DNA of 32,000 bases. It comes from Halomicronema hongdechloris C2206. Its GTDB lineage: Bacteria; Cyanobacteriota; Cyanobacteriia; Phormidesmidales; Phormidesmidaceae. Of the stretch, positions 8,482-16,148 are shown one piece after another. The position numbers and the translations under genes were made by a program. The DNA lies in assembly GCF_002075285.3 (NCBI RefSeq), contig NZ_CP021983.2, positions 570,001 through 602,000 on the forward strand. The letters are read 5' to 3'. The number at the start of each line of letters is the position of its first letter. Position 1 is the stretch's first letter. The notes beneath the pieces are model-generated. The model had not been told where the DNA came from. It worked only from the letters and a program-made list of their open reading frames with translations, and did no database searches.

Positions 8482-8680
8482 ATGCCTAAACCCTAGAGCT
8501 ACGACCTCCGGCGCAAAATCATGGAAGCCATCGACCTTGATGACATGCCGATTCAGGAAGCCGCCGCAGTCTTTCACATCAGTCGCGACACCATTTATCG
8601 CCAGGGTAAGCGCTAAGCCGAAACCGGCGATGTCCAAGCCAAAGCCCATCCCCACCCCGGTCATAGCCATAAAATCTACC
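8482..8680 (+). pseudogene. Decayed N-terminal fragment of an IS630-family transposase (HTH region)
   Basis: The plus-strand reading is MPKP*SYDLRRKIMEAIDLDDMPIQEAAAVFHISRDTIYRQGKR*AETGDVQAKAHPHPGHSHKI. This matches the MPKPYS.DLR..V...I.......EA...F.IS..T......R...TG pattern of IS630/Tc1-like transposase N-termini. It has two in-frame stops, and no DDE domain follows. Confidence 0.6.
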
Positions 8681-8808
8681 GGATTAGAACGTAATTAAGG
8701 AGGAAGGCGGAATTAAACTAAAGACACTTTCCATGCTAGACAAGGGTTCCAACGTCGGACATCTTACATTCATTTAATTGAGCCCTGCTACTTAGAACGC
8801 ATTAGAGA

Positions 8809-9540
8809 CTAGAGTCGCCGGGTCAAGTTGAGGCCATGGGTATCGGTGCCGCAGGTGGTTAAAAGCTGATATTCAGTGGCTAGGGCTTCAATCTCAGGAG
8901 TCTGCTTTGGGCAGGGCCGCCATTGACTGGGATTGTCATAGGCGTAGTAGGCTTCGACCCCGTCGATGCCCTCCCCGACGGCAACCTGAATTAATTCAGA
9001 GGCCGGGCGACGATATCGAGCCGGGTGAGCTAGTACAGCGATGCCACCAGCTTGTTGAATCGCCTGAATCACCCGCTTAGACTCTCGATGGCTGCCCCGA
9101 GGGGCATGCCCCTGGAGATAGGGGTACATGGCTTTATGACTCGGATCGAAGGCATAGCCCAGAATATGGACATCGATACGAGCGAGTAGGGCCGTGATTT
9201 CTGCCCCGACCCATAACCGCGGTAACCCACTGGAGTAACGACAACTACTGCTGATGCGGGCAGGATGATGCCATTGCCAGTCTTCTAACCACTGCTTGGC
9301 TTGGTAAAACCCCTTTACATTGTGGTGGTCTGTAATGGCAAATTCCTTTAGCCCTAAACTCAGGGCTTGTGCCATTAGGTCCGCTGGGGTCAAGCGACCA
9401 TCCGAGCAGACAGTATGCATGTGGAAGTTGTAACCCTTGGGGCAACTGGTGTCATCAACTTGCTTAAAGATTGACCTCAGCGTATCTGCATGATGGCCGA
9501 TTTGGGCCGATGCTGACAGCTGCGTCAGGCTAACCGCCAT
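8809..9540 (-). CDS. PHP-domain metal-dependent phosphoesterase
   Basis: PHP motifs are present: YNFHMHTVCSDG, AITDHHNV, AVLAHPARY, GVEAYY, TCGTDTHG. ATG 9540 is preferred over the upstream GTG 9594. Confidence 0.8.
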   Translation of the reverse strand: MAVSLTQLSASAQIGHHADTLRSIFKQVDDTSCPKGYNFHMHTVCSDGRLTPADLMAQALSLGLKEFAITDHHNVKGFYQAKQWLEDWQWHHPARISSSCRYSSGLPRLWVGAEITALLARIDVHILGYAFDPSHKAMYPYLQGHAPRGSHRESKRVIQAIQQAGGIAVLAHPARYRRPASELIQVAVGEGIDGVEAYYAYDNPSQWRPCPKQTPEIEALATEYQLLTTCGTDTHGLNLTRRL

Positions 9541-9669
9541 GGTGATATCAGAAGTGTGCACGTGCGACTCATTACTAATTACTAATATACCCACTGGCAG
9601 GAGCTTATAGCGGTCGTGGCTACAAAAATGTTCAACCCTGACACTCGCTATCCCTTGATTTTGCGCCCC

Positions 9670-9930
9670 TTACTTCTCTAGACGCACTACATACCACTGC
9701 CAACGTTCCCCCGGCTGTCGTTCAAACTCACAGGCTGTGTCCCTTAAATGGCGAGCTTGGGCATCTAGATTTTCCAAAGCGCGCAGCTCCCGAGGCAGAG
9801 CCTCCTGACAATCAGCTAACACCCCCTTCAGCCGCTCTAGAAGCTCATCTGGAGTAAGAAAGACTTCGTCTTGGCCGGGAATGAGTAAGACATACATATC
9901 ATCATCCCGGTACATGATGGCATCTGGCAT
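9670..9930 (-). CDS. Small conserved cyanobacterial protein, CRR7-like (chlororespiratory reduction 7 family, from memory)
   Basis: MPDAIMYRDDDMYVLL..FLTPDELLERLKGVL......LPRELR.......QARHL.DTACEF...PGE.WQWYVVRLEK resembles cyanobacterial CRR7 homologues, which end in W(Y/F)AVRLEK. The start is ambiguous (9930 or 9960). Confidence 0.5.
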   Translation of the reverse strand: MPDAIMYRDDDMYVLLIPGQDEVFLTPDELLERLKGVLADCQEALPRELRALENLDAQARHLRDTACEFERQPGERWQWYVVRLEK

Positions 9931-10276
9931 GGCGATTCCATAGAGGGTCATCTCCAGCATACTGACTGGCTTGCTCCCTGGCCTACCCCTGTTTGAGGAA
10001 CATCGCAATTGTTATCAAGCCTGGCATCAGGCCCTGCCCAGGCTTACGATTCGCCATCGGACCAGTGCCATATCTCCCTGCCCCCTGGCAATTACAGGAT
10101 CCAGTGATATAGTAAATCTATCACCCAAATTCCGACCGATTTACCGGTGAATAGATTGAGCTGATTGTCACGACAATCCCCAGTCCAGCTCAAGATTTAA
10201 AGCGGTTTACAGCGTCAGAGTTGGACTTAGAGTGTTCCAGCTAAATACTCATCCAAGGGCTGGCTGAACAGGCCAG

Positions 10277-10315
10277 ATAGGCTGAGTTCAATCGCCTAGA
10301 TCAGGCTATTTTTTT
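10277..10315 (+). terminator. Terminator-like hairpin plus T7 tract inside the sir 5-prime leader
   Basis: ATAGGCTGA (10277-10285) pairs with TCAGGCTAT (10301-10309), with one central mismatch. It runs into seven consecutive T (10309-10315), about 50 nt before the sir ATG. No upstream plus-strand gene exists for it to terminate. Confidence 0.3.
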
Positions 10316-10364
10316 GATGGAATACTCTTAGACACGGTTTAAGACGGCATTATTCTGGCTTCTC

Positions 10365-12293
10365 ATGGTTTACAGTCCTACATCAACCACCTCAAATTCC
10401 TCGTCGGCTCCCTATCGACAGCAGAAAACCTCCAAGTTAGAGGGGATTAAGGAGCGCAGTCGGTATTTGCGGGAGCCAGTGGCCACTGAGCTGTTGCAAG
10501 ATACCACGCACTTTTCCAAAGATGGGTTGCAAATCCTTAAGTTCCATGGCTCTTATCAGCAAGACAATCGAGACAATCGGGTTCGGGGCCAGGAAAAGGA
10601 TTATCAGTTCATGTTACGCACCCGGAATCCGGGTGGCTATATTCCCCCCCAGTTGTATCTGACGTTGGATCGCCTCTCTGAGGAATATGGCAACCACACG
10701 TTGCGAGCCACGACTCGGCAGGGATTTCAACTCCACGGGGTGCTGAAGAGAAATCTGAAGGCCACCATCGCTGCGATTATTCGCAGCCTGGGTTCGACAC
10801 TGGGAGCCTGTGGCGATTTAAACCGCAACGTCATGGCATCGCCGGCTCCCTTTGCCCATCGGCCAGACTATAGAATTGCCCGGGACTACGCCGAGCGCAT
10901 TGCTGACCTGTTACGGCCCCAAACCGAGGCCTATTACGAGATCTGGCTGGATGGAGAAAAGGCGATTACCGCTGAAGAGCACCCTGAGGTGGTGGCAGCT
11001 CGTCAACGCAATGGCCATGGCACTCTGGTACACGGCAGCCAAGAGCCCATCTATGGAGCTTACTACATGCCGCGTAAGTTCAAGTGCGCGGTGACGGTGC
11101 CGGGAGACAACTCGGTAGATGTCTATACCCATGATGTCACCCTGGTGGTGATAGTCGATGCCGCCGGAGAGCTGCAGGGGTTTAATATCCTAGCCGGGGG
11201 AGGCATGGGCCGTACCCACAATAAGGAAGAGACCTTTGCCCGCCTGGCTGATCCGATTGGCTATGTGGACAAGGCCGATGTCTACGATGCTCTAAAGGCA
11301 ATTGTTGCCACCCAACGGGATTATGGCGATCGATTCCAGCGCCGCCACGCTCGTATGAAGTATTTGCTACATGATTGGGGGGTGGAGCACTTCCGGCGCC
11401 AAGTGGAAGCCTATTTTGGTAAACCCTTGCAACCCTTTAAGCCGCTGCCAGAGTGGCGGTTTTATGACTATCTGGGATGGCACGAACAGGGAGATGGGGC
11501 GTTATTCGTGGGCATTCCCATCGAGAATGGCCGCATTCTGGATCGAGACACATTGACGCTGAAATCGGCATTGCGAGAGATTATTCAGCGGTTTCAGGTG
11601 CCCATGCGGGTGACGCCTAACCAGAGTGTGATTCTCTACGACATTGATCCGGCTGCTCGGGCGGAGATTCAACAGATTTTGAGCCGCCATGGGGTGCGCT
11701 CAGAGGCTGAGCTAGACCCCCTGGTGCGCTACAGCATGGCTTGCCCGGCGCTACCCACCTGTGGTCTGGCCATTACCGAGTCGGAACGGATTATCCCTAA
11801 GGTGCTGGAGCGCATTCAGCAGTTGCTGATCCAGGTGGGGTTACAGGATGAGCATTTCGTGGTGCGCATGACCGGTTGCCCCAATGGCTGTGCCCGACCT
11901 TACATGGCGGAGTTGGGCCTGGTGGGCAGTGGCCCTAACCAGTATCAGCTCTGGTTAGGGGGAGCGCCTGATCAGACTCGCTTGGCACGTCCCTTTATCG
12001 ATCGCCTGCACTTAGATGAGCTAGAGGGTGCTCTGGAGCCGCTGTTGGTCTGCTTCCGGGAGACCCGGCAGGCAGGGGAATCGTTTGGTAGCTTTTGCGA
12101 TCGCATCGGGTTTGATGCCCTGCAGCAGTTCAGTGACAGCTATGATCCCAGTCAATATACTCGGGAGCGCAAGTCACGCCATCGCATCGGCATCACTGAT
12201 TCGGTCTATCGCCAGCTCAAAGCTGCTTCCCAACAGCAAGGTCGTCCCATGTCGCAGATTGCAGCGGAGGCGCTTTCAGCCTACTTGAACTAG
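10365..12293 (+). CDS. sir: Assimilatory ferredoxin-sulfite reductase (siroheme/[4Fe-4S] hemoprotein), 642 aa
   Basis: The sequence has the two-repeat NiR/SiR architecture. The cluster/siroheme cysteine motifs are [13 protein letters not shown] and [12 protein letters not shown], and the N-terminus has [10 protein letters not shown]...[11 protein letters not shown]. Confidence 0.9.
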   Translation: MVYSPTSTTSNSSSAPYRQQKTSKLEGIKERSRYLREPVATELLQDTTHFSKDGLQILKFHGSYQQDNRDNRVRGQEKDYQFMLRTRNPGGYIPPQLYLTLDRLSEEYGNHTLRATTRQGFQLHGVLKRNLKATIAAIIRSLGSTLGACGDLNRNVMASPAPFAHRPDYRIARDYAERIADLLRPQTEAYYEIWLDGEKAITAEEHPEVVAARQRNGHGTLVHGSQEPIYGAYYMPRKFKCAVTVPGDNSVDVYTHDVTLVVIVDAAGELQGFNILAGGGMGRTHNKEETFARLADPIGYVDKADVYDALKAIVATQRDYGDRFQRRHARMKYLLHDWGVEHFRRQVEAYFGKPLQPFKPLPEWRFYDYLGWHEQGDGALFVGIPIENGRILDRDTLTLKSALREIIQRFQVPMRVTPNQSVILYDIDPAARAEIQQILSRHGVRSEAELDPLVRYSMACPALPTCGLAITESERIIPKVLERIQQLLIQVGLQDEHFVVRMTGCPNGCARPYMAELGLVGSGPNQYQLWLGGAPDQTRLARPFIDRLHLDELEGALEPLLVCFRETRQAGESFGSFCDRIGFDALQQFSDSYDPSQYTRERKSRHRIGITDSVYRQLKAASQQQGRPMSQIAAEALSAYLN

Positions 12294-12452
12294 GTGATCA
12301 GGGGCTAGGACTCTGCGGCAGATATAACGCTGCTATTGCTCAGAGCAACAAGGCTCATCTATCAGGGTTTCTCGTTCTGCCTGCTGCTGCTACGCGCGGG
12401 CATAGTCCTACTGCCCTCCCACTGTGGTTCAGCATGAGAAATGGTTAGGCAT

Positions 12453-12484
12453 GAGAAAAGGACGGCTCCGTGCAGGAGTCGTCC
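12453..12484 (-). terminator. Intrinsic terminator (minus strand) closing the arsS / 46-aa ORF unit
   Basis: The minus-strand reading is GGACGACTCC-TGCAC-GGAGCCGTCC (10-bp stem with one G-U pair, 5-nt loop) followed by TTTTCT. It lies 85 nt past the stop of the 46-aa ORF. Confidence 0.55.
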
Positions 12485-12568
12485 CCAGTAGCAAAACAGC
12501 CAGTGATATCAGCGCCTCCACGAGATTAGTGACCTGCGTCTGCCCACCGCTAAGATGGGCCTACGAGT

Positions 12569-12709
12569 TTAGACATGGCCATTGGGTTGATGGAGTCGAT
12601 CTGGCAAAACCCAGAGCAACAGAGGGCAGACCACTAAGGTCATCACCGTCACCACTAAGATGATCTCCAGCCCCAGAAGCAGTTCTACATTGGCAATTCC
12701 GAAATTCAT
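12569..12709 (-). CDS. Unannotated 46-aa single-TM membrane peptide
   Basis: Hand translation gives MNFGIANVELLLGLEIILVVTVMTLVVCPLLLWVLPDRLHQPNGHV*. GGGAGG lies 8 nt upstream of the ATG, and a terminator follows. It is below the ORF-track length cutoff. Confidence 0.5.
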   Translation of the reverse strand: MNFGIANVELLLGLEIILVVTVMTLVVCPLLLWVLPDRLHQPNGHV

Positions 12710-12823
12710 AATAGTCGCCTCCCACGCGGCAACAGGATGGGGTGCGTTCCTTCAGGAAGACTCCCTACTTCCGCCCTGCCTGGGAAAAGAGTTACTTGCA
12801 GGCAAGAGTGAACGATTGCGTCT

Positions 12824-12837
12824 GTATTTATTGTTAC
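12824..12837. promoter_or_regulatory. GTA-N8-TAC palindrome (NtcA/CRP-family consensus form)
   Basis: GTATTTATTGTTAC lies in the intergenic region upstream (minus strand) of the 46-aa ORF. A near copy, GTCGTTATTGTTAC, sits at 12885-12898. No canonically spaced -10 box was seen. Confidence 0.2.
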
Positions 12838-12922
12838 TTTTCCCTAGGAAAATGTCCACTCGAGTATTAATTTGTAATTTCGCGGTCGTTATTGTTACAA
12901 ATCCTGCAGGGCTGCCGCTAGA

Positions 12923-13927
12923 TTAAAGGAGGGCACCGCCACAGCTGGAACCAGCACCAGCGGTGCAGCCGTAGCAGTAAGGGCGGGTTTGAATGGTCTG
13001 AATCACATCGAGATTATTCGTCTGTAATAGGGTGGATAGGCTTATGGGAGTGCCATCGGGCAGATGCGATCGCACCCCTTCCATCTGATTAAAGTCGCAG
13101 TCATAGATATTTCCCAAATAGTCTACCGATAGCTGGTTGCGGCACATCAGGTGGGCCACGGTGTTAGGGTTGTGATGGTTTTCTAAAAACTTTGTATAGG
13201 GTTGGCAAAGTCCCTTTTTCTGCAAGGAATGCTTAACCCGACCAATGGGCAAATTAGTCAGGGTAAATAGGTGGTTAAAATCGATGTCAAAGTGTTCCTT
13301 GAGGTAAGTCTTATAGGCCTGTTCCAAATTTGCCTGATGGGGCGTTAAATAAAAGTTGCTATCGTGAGGCACCGGGGGATTGTACACCAAATCCAGTCCT
13401 AACTTAGGGATGCGGCCATAGCCCAGGTGATTGAGACGCTGTAGGGCTCGAATCGAGGCATTATACACCCCACTCCCCCGCTGGCGATCGACATTGTCTT
13501 CTAGATAACAAGGTAATGAGGCGACAACGTGCAATTGGTGAGTCGCAAAGTATTCAGGTAAATCGCCATAGCCCGGCTCAAAAAAGATGGTCAAGTTAGA
13601 GCGCACAATTACGGTTTTGCCCGTCACCCTGGCGGCTTCAGCAATGGGACGAAAGCCGTAGTTCATCTCTGGAGCCCCCCCGGTTAGATCCACCGTCTCA
13701 ATCTGAGGAAACCGCCGAATTATCTCGACCAATTGCTCACATACCTGCGGTGAGAGTTCTTCGGTGCGCTTGGGACCCGCTTCCACATGGCAGTGAGTAC
13801 AGGCTAGGTTGCACCGGCGGCCTAAATTAATTTGTAGAACCGTGATGGGTTGTTTGGTCAGAGGAGTGCCTAGGGTGTGCTCAAAGGGCGTAGCGGTGGT
13901 GGGCTGAGAATTAAGCGATGAAACCAT
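12923..13927 (-). CDS. arsS: Radical SAM / Cys-rich domain protein of the ArsS (arsenosugar biosynthesis) type
   Basis: The radical-SAM cluster motif is NLGRRCNLACTHCHVEAG, and GGAPEM follows. The C-terminal Cys-rich tail RPYCYGCTAGAGSSCGGAL is characteristic of the TIGR04167/ArsS family. ATG 13927 is preferred over GTG 14014. Confidence 0.75.
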   Translation of the reverse strand: MVSSLNSQPTTATPFEHTLGTPLTKQPITVLQINLGRRCNLACTHCHVEAGPKRTEELSPQVCEQLVEIIRRFPQIETVDLTGGAPEMNYGFRPIAEAARVTGKTVIVRSNLTIFFEPGYGDLPEYFATHQLHVVASLPCYLEDNVDRQRGSGVYNASIRALQRLNHLGYGRIPKLGLDLVYNPPVPHDSNFYLTPHQANLEQAYKTYLKEHFDIDFNHLFTLTNLPIGRVKHSLQKKGLCQPYTKFLENHHNPNTVAHLMCRNQLSVDYLGNIYDCDFNQMEGVRSHLPDGTPISLSTLLQTNNLDVIQTIQTRPYCYGCTAGAGSSCGGALL

Positions 13928-14066
13928 GAACTTATCTAAGTTGGCGAACAATAGCAGACAGAAAAGAGAGGGCGCTAGGGCAGATAACTGAGCACAGTCA
14001 GTCGCGATCAACACTCCTAGCTAAGGAGCCTATCTGGTAAGACCGCCCCATCCTCGGTGCTGGCGC

Positions 14067-14237
14067 CTATAGCGAGAAAAAACCCAGACTTGGCACGGCG
14101 GCCAATTGATCCAGCAGCGTTACATTGTATGTATTCAACGGTAGGGAGCTGAATTTTTCCTGAGAGGCACCTAGAAATTCTCTCAGGCGATGGCTAAAAC
14201 AGCGGTTGAGATAGTCTTGAAGATAGGGCTGATCCAT
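14067..14237 (-). CDS. Hypothetical 56-aa protein between the hydrolase and arsS
   Basis: The ATG 14237 ORF (MDQPYLQDYLNRCFSHRLREFLG..) is co-oriented and fills the gap between the two genes. No motif was recognised. Confidence 0.3.
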   Translation of the reverse strand: MDQPYLQDYLNRCFSHRLREFLGASQEKFSSLPLNTYNVTLLDQLAAVPSLGFFSL

Positions 14238-14264
14238 GTCACTGGTAAGGTTGCGAGTCACCTC

Positions 14265-15164
14265 TCAAACAGACCGGTGATTGGCCAGAAAATGGCGGAG
14301 TACACTGACCACTGCAGCAGGGCGCTCTAGCTGAGGTAATGCCCCCGATTCAGCAATCTTGTAAACGGCCTGCACGGCGGTGGGATTGAGTTGAGCCAAG
14401 CGCTGGCCTCGACTAGCGGGGTTGAGGCGAGACGCTGCCCCCAGGATAAAGGCGGTGGGAATGTGAAGCTGACCCATATAACGACTGAGATCAAAACTAA
14501 TGTCTCCCTTGAGGGAGGCCAAGGCAGCGTAGTCTGCCCCAGGCTGTTGAATACAGGTGAGATAGGCCTGGACGACCTCCTGGCTGAGCCGATCGGCGTT
14601 AGCAAACAAAAACGAGGTGAGAAAATTGCGCACGGCGGGCTCGTTGGCGGCGCCCAAAGCATAAACCAGGCGGTCGACGCCGGGAGTGCGAATCAGTTGA
14701 GCCGATAAGGACAGGCGATAGTTACGACCGAAATCACTATTGCCCGATGGTGACACCAGAGCTAGGGCACGGAATAGATCCGGACGCTGAATGGCCAAGC
14801 GAATCACCACACCGGCGGTCAGGGAGGTGGCCATCACTAGGGTAGGGGGGATGGTGACTCGCTCTAACAAGGTGGTCAAGATTTGGCAGTAGTCTGCGGT
14901 GCCGTAATCACGCGCAGGGTGATCTGACTGGCCCCAGCCCAACAAATCAGGGACAATGACGCCATAGTCTGGGGCGAAGGCAGGATAGACCTGCGACCAT
15001 TCATAGGCGGATGAGCCTCCTCCCAGACTGTGCAGGAAGACGAGGGCGGGAGATTGGGGATCGGCAGTATCCCAGGGGGGCTGACTGGGTGTGTAGTAGA
15101 CCAATTGCCCTAGTGAGGTTTCCAGACGATGGGACGCAACACCAATAGGCTGAAACTGCAGCAT
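14265..15164 (-). CDS. Alpha/beta-fold hydrolase
   Basis: The sequence shows LVFLHSLGGGSS (HG-type oxyanion region), PDLLGWGQSD and a nucleophile-elbow-like ATSLTAG. The length of ~299 aa is typical. Confidence 0.75.
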   Translation of the reverse strand: MLQFQPIGVASHRLETSLGQLVYYTPSQPPWDTADPQSPALVFLHSLGGGSSAYEWSQVYPAFAPDYGVIVPDLLGWGQSDHPARDYGTADYCQILTTLLERVTIPPTLVMATSLTAGVVIRLAIQRPDLFRALALVSPSGNSDFGRNYRLSLSAQLIRTPGVDRLVYALGAANEPAVRNFLTSFLFANADRLSQEVVQAYLTCIQQPGADYAALASLKGDISFDLSRYMGQLHIPTAFILGAASRLNPASRGQRLAQLNPTAVQAVYKIAESGALPQLERPAAVVSVLRHFLANHRSV

Positions 15165-15345
15165 AGTCGTTTGCCAGGCTTCTCACTTTGTAGCTTACCG
15201 GAAGCGTTTGGATTCAGGCTGACTTCTGAAGGCTCGGGTTGTGGTCTAAGATTTAGCCTGAATTTAGTGGCAGATTCCCGTAAGAACGGAGCCAAGGCAG
15301 TCTAGAATCTAGCCAGAGCCTGCCTTGAGTTAGCCATGTGCCGTG

Positions 15346-16107
15346 ATGGGGTTTGTCGTTGTAATGTCTGTGAATGATATTCCAGAGGCCCGTCGAGATG
15401 GGGGCTCAGGAGTTATTTCCGATGCCAGATCGAAACGTCCCTGGGGGGTAATTATTGCCGTTGCGATCGCACTGTTGGGCACCAGCCTCCTAGCCGCCTG
15501 GCGATTCATGTACGCCCCCCCCTCTCCCACACTGTCCTCAATGTCCCCGGTGCCGCCGTTGCCTGCTCCTATGGGCCCAACGATTCAAACAGAACTGCCC
15601 CCAGAGCCGACCCTGCTTGGTCATCGAGCCTATGCAGAAGCTGACCCCACCACCCTGGTCCCGATCACGGCAGACGGTCAGATTCAGCTGCATGAAGCTG
15701 CCGCAGAACCATTCCTGGCCATGGTAGCGGCCGCCCGACGCGAGGGCATTCATCTGGCCGCCCTATCCGGCTATCGATCGCAAGAGGAACAGCGCCGTCT
15801 GTTTTTCGACATCAAGGCAGATCGGGGACAGACTGCCTTAGATCGGGCCGAAGTTAGCGCTCCCCCGGGGTATAGTGAACACCACACCGGCTATGCCATC
15901 GATATCGGTGATGCCCAGCAACCCCAAACCCACTTAGACCCCACCTTTGCCAACACCCCAGCCTACGACTGGTTGGTTAACAATGCCGCCCATTATGGTT
16001 TTGAGCTGTCATTTCCCCCGGATAATGACCAAGACATTGCCTTTGAACCCTGGCACTGGCGCTTTGTGGGAAACCAAGACAGCCTAGAGACGTTTTATCA
16101 ACAGTAA
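15346..16107 (+). CDS. VanY-type D-alanyl-D-alanine carboxypeptidase (peptidase M15B), membrane anchored
   Basis: SGYRSQEEQRRLF, SEHHTGYAIDI and EPWHWRF are the zinc/active-site motifs of M15B. There is an N-terminal TM helix WGVIIAVAIALLGTSLLAAW. The start is ambiguous (15343 GTG, 15346 ATG or 15364 ATG). Confidence 0.8.
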   Translation: MGFVVVMSVNDIPEARRDGGSGVISDARSKRPWGVIIAVAIALLGTSLLAAWRFMYAPPSPTLSSMSPVPPLPAPMGPTIQTELPPEPTLLGHRAYAEADPTTLVPITADGQIQLHEAAAEPFLAMVAAARREGIHLAALSGYRSQEEQRRLFFDIKADRGQTALDRAEVSAPPGYSEHHTGYAIDIGDAQQPQTHLDPTFANTPAYDWLVNNAAHYGFELSFPPDNDQDIAFEPWHWRFVGNQDSLETFYQQ

Positions 16108-16148
16108 AGTCTCTGCCAGTACGATAGAGAAAACCTTGCCCATCCTGC

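Noticed and set aside
8473-8670. 65-aa minus-strand ORF from the track
   Set aside because: The opposite strand reads as a recognisable, though broken, IS630 transposase N-terminus, so the minus ORF is its antisense shadow.
12424-12926. Two plus-strand ORFs (79 and 88 aa) between sir and arsS
   Set aside because: They have no SD or motifs and an odd composition. They overlap the minus-strand 46-aa ORF, which has a strong SD, and the minus-strand terminator.
12923-12945. Possible selenocysteine recoding in the ArsS C-terminal motif
   Set aside because: The Cys in ..GSSCGGALL is encoded by TGT (complement of 12941-12943), not TGA, and the ORF ends at a normal TAA.
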